Notes under the pieces: generated by a model
Told to the model about the DNA's origin: nothing
Seen by the model: only the letters and a program-made list of their open reading frames with translations
The model's database searches: none
Part shown: in pieces, positions 62,989 through 64,000 of the stretch
How positions within the stretch are numbered: the stretch's first letter is position 1
Layout of the letters: each line of letters opens with the position of its first letter
Position numbers and translations under genes: made by a program
Assembly (NCBI GenBank): GCA_026936335.1
Contig: JAPMXV010000053.1
Coordinates: 1-64,000 of the forward strand
Direction: 5' to 3'
Source: Mantamonas sphyraenae STR306
Lineage: Eukaryota; Protista; CRuMs
DNA: 64,000 nt

Positions 62989-64000
62989 TCAAAGTTCGTC
63001 CTTGGCCTTCTCCTCGTCCGCCTGCACCTCCTCCACATTGTCGGCGTCGGCAGCAGGCGTGTCCTCAGTTTCCTCGGGCACGTCCTCCTCCTCGGGCACG
63101 GCGGCGTCGGCCTCCAGGTTCAGGCCGAGGTTGATGATCTTTGTGATGCGTGTGGCAAACTTGGCCGGATCCTCGACCTGGAAGCCCGAGGTCAGCAGAG
63201 CCGTCTCGTACATCAGCTGGGCCAGGTCACGCGTGTCCTCGCCCACAGAGCCGTCGTCCACGCGGGCCTTGAGCTCAACCAGAATCGGGTGCTTCGGGTT
63301 GATCTCCAGCGTCTTCTTGCCCATCAGGTACGACTGGTCCGACGAATCGCCCAGAGCCTGTGCCTTGACAATGCGCTCCATGTTGGCACTGTAGCCAAAC
63401 TGCGAGGTCACAATCACCGCAGGCGACTTGTGCAGGCGGTTGGTCACCTTGACTGCCTCCAGCGTGCCGTCCAGGTTGTCCTTCAGCCAGTCCGTGAGCG
63501 GCTTGTACTCCTCGCTCACCTCCTTTTCCTTTTCCTTCTCCTTCTCGTCGTCGTCCTCGGGCAGCTTCAGACCCTCCTTGGTGGCGTTCATCAGCTTCTT
63601 GCCCTGGTACTCCGTCAGGTGCTGCACGCAGTACTCATCAATCGGGTCAACAAAGTACAGCACTTCGTAGCCGCGCTTGATCAGGCGCTCCACAAACGGC
63701 GAAGTCTCCACCTTGCTCAGCGTCTCGCCCGCCACGTAGTAGATGTTCTCCTGCTTCTCCTTCATGCGCTCCACATACGAGTCCAGGCTGATCTGCTCGC
63801 CGTCGCTCTTGCTGCTGTACCAGCGCGTCAGCTTGGCAATGCGCGTGCGGTTCGGCGAATCCTCAATGATGCCAAACTTCAGGTTGGCGCCAAACTGCTT
63901 CAGGAAGTGCTTGTACGCCTCTTCATCCTTCGACAGGCGCTTCAGCATCTCCAGCGTCTTGCGCACCACCTTCTTCTTGATCACCTTGAGCATCTTGTTC
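62989..64000 (-). CDS. HSP90B1: Endoplasmin/GRP94 (ER Hsp90), 3' part only
   Basis: LKVIKKKVVRK, SPFVERL, DPIDEY, GYSANMERI, LEINPKHP and C-terminal KDEL. Confidence 0.97.
   Translation of the reverse strand, partial: NKMLKVIKKKVVRKTLEMLKRLSKDEEAYKHFLKQFGANLKFGIIEDSPNRTRIAKLTRWYSSKSDGEQISLDSYVERMKEKQENIYYVAGETLSKVETSPFVERLIKRGYEVLYFVDPIDEYCVQHLTEYQGKKLMNATKEGLKLPEDDDEKEKEKEKEVSEEYKPLTDWLKDNLDGTLEAVKVTNRLHKSPAVIVTSQFGYSANMERIVKAQALGDSSDQSYLMGKKTLEINPKHPILVELKARVDDGSVGEDTRDLAQLMYETALLTSGFQVEDPAKFATRITKIINLGLNLEADAAVPEEEDVPEETEDTPAADADNVEEVQADEEKAKDEL

Noticed and set aside
1-64000. Alternative genetic code or non-canonical introns
   Set aside because: All conserved genes translate with the standard code, all three stop codons are used, and every junction I resolved is GT-AG (a few use AAG or TAG acceptors).
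1-64000. CRISPR arrays, rRNA/tRNA genes, transposases or reverse transcriptases
   Set aside because: None recognisable by eye, and the repeats present are telomeric, microsatellite or coding. Small ncRNAs in introns cannot be excluded without an Infernal or tRNAscan-SE search.

Overview
This is the left end of a eukaryotic chromosome. It opens with a (CCCTAA)n telomere and continues into an extremely gene-dense region of 23 protein-coding genes (one partial). I could place about 33 short GT-AG introns by hand, and many intergenic gaps are only 6-80 nt. The gene content (CFAP43, an HIAQ-type TyrRS, two NAF-motif CIPK-like kinases, a TmcB-like PAS protein) points to a flagellated, probably non-opisthokont protist using the standard genetic code. 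The conserved genes are SNAPC3, a HIG1-domain protein, an SDR, CCT7, Rab-GDI, a TBC Rab-GAP, CFAP43, ATG2, RNASEH2B, TPT1, TyrRS and GRP94. The most unusual observations are: (1) a circularly permuted, membrane-anchored pepsin-family protease with an internal prosegment; (2) a transportin/karyopherin-beta2 homolog with an F-box inserted in its H8 loop; (3) a Ki-67-like protein with FHA, TP repeats and four SAP domains; (4) a TmcB-like PAS receptor fused to a TauE/TSUP transporter-like domain; (5) a telomere-adjacent protein built from four copies of an unknown domain; (6) strong C/G strand skew, independent of gene orientation, that flips near 33-35 kb; and (7) a recurrent AATGAA motif overlapping or just after stop codons. 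All family assignments come from motif recognition by eye; no database searches were run.
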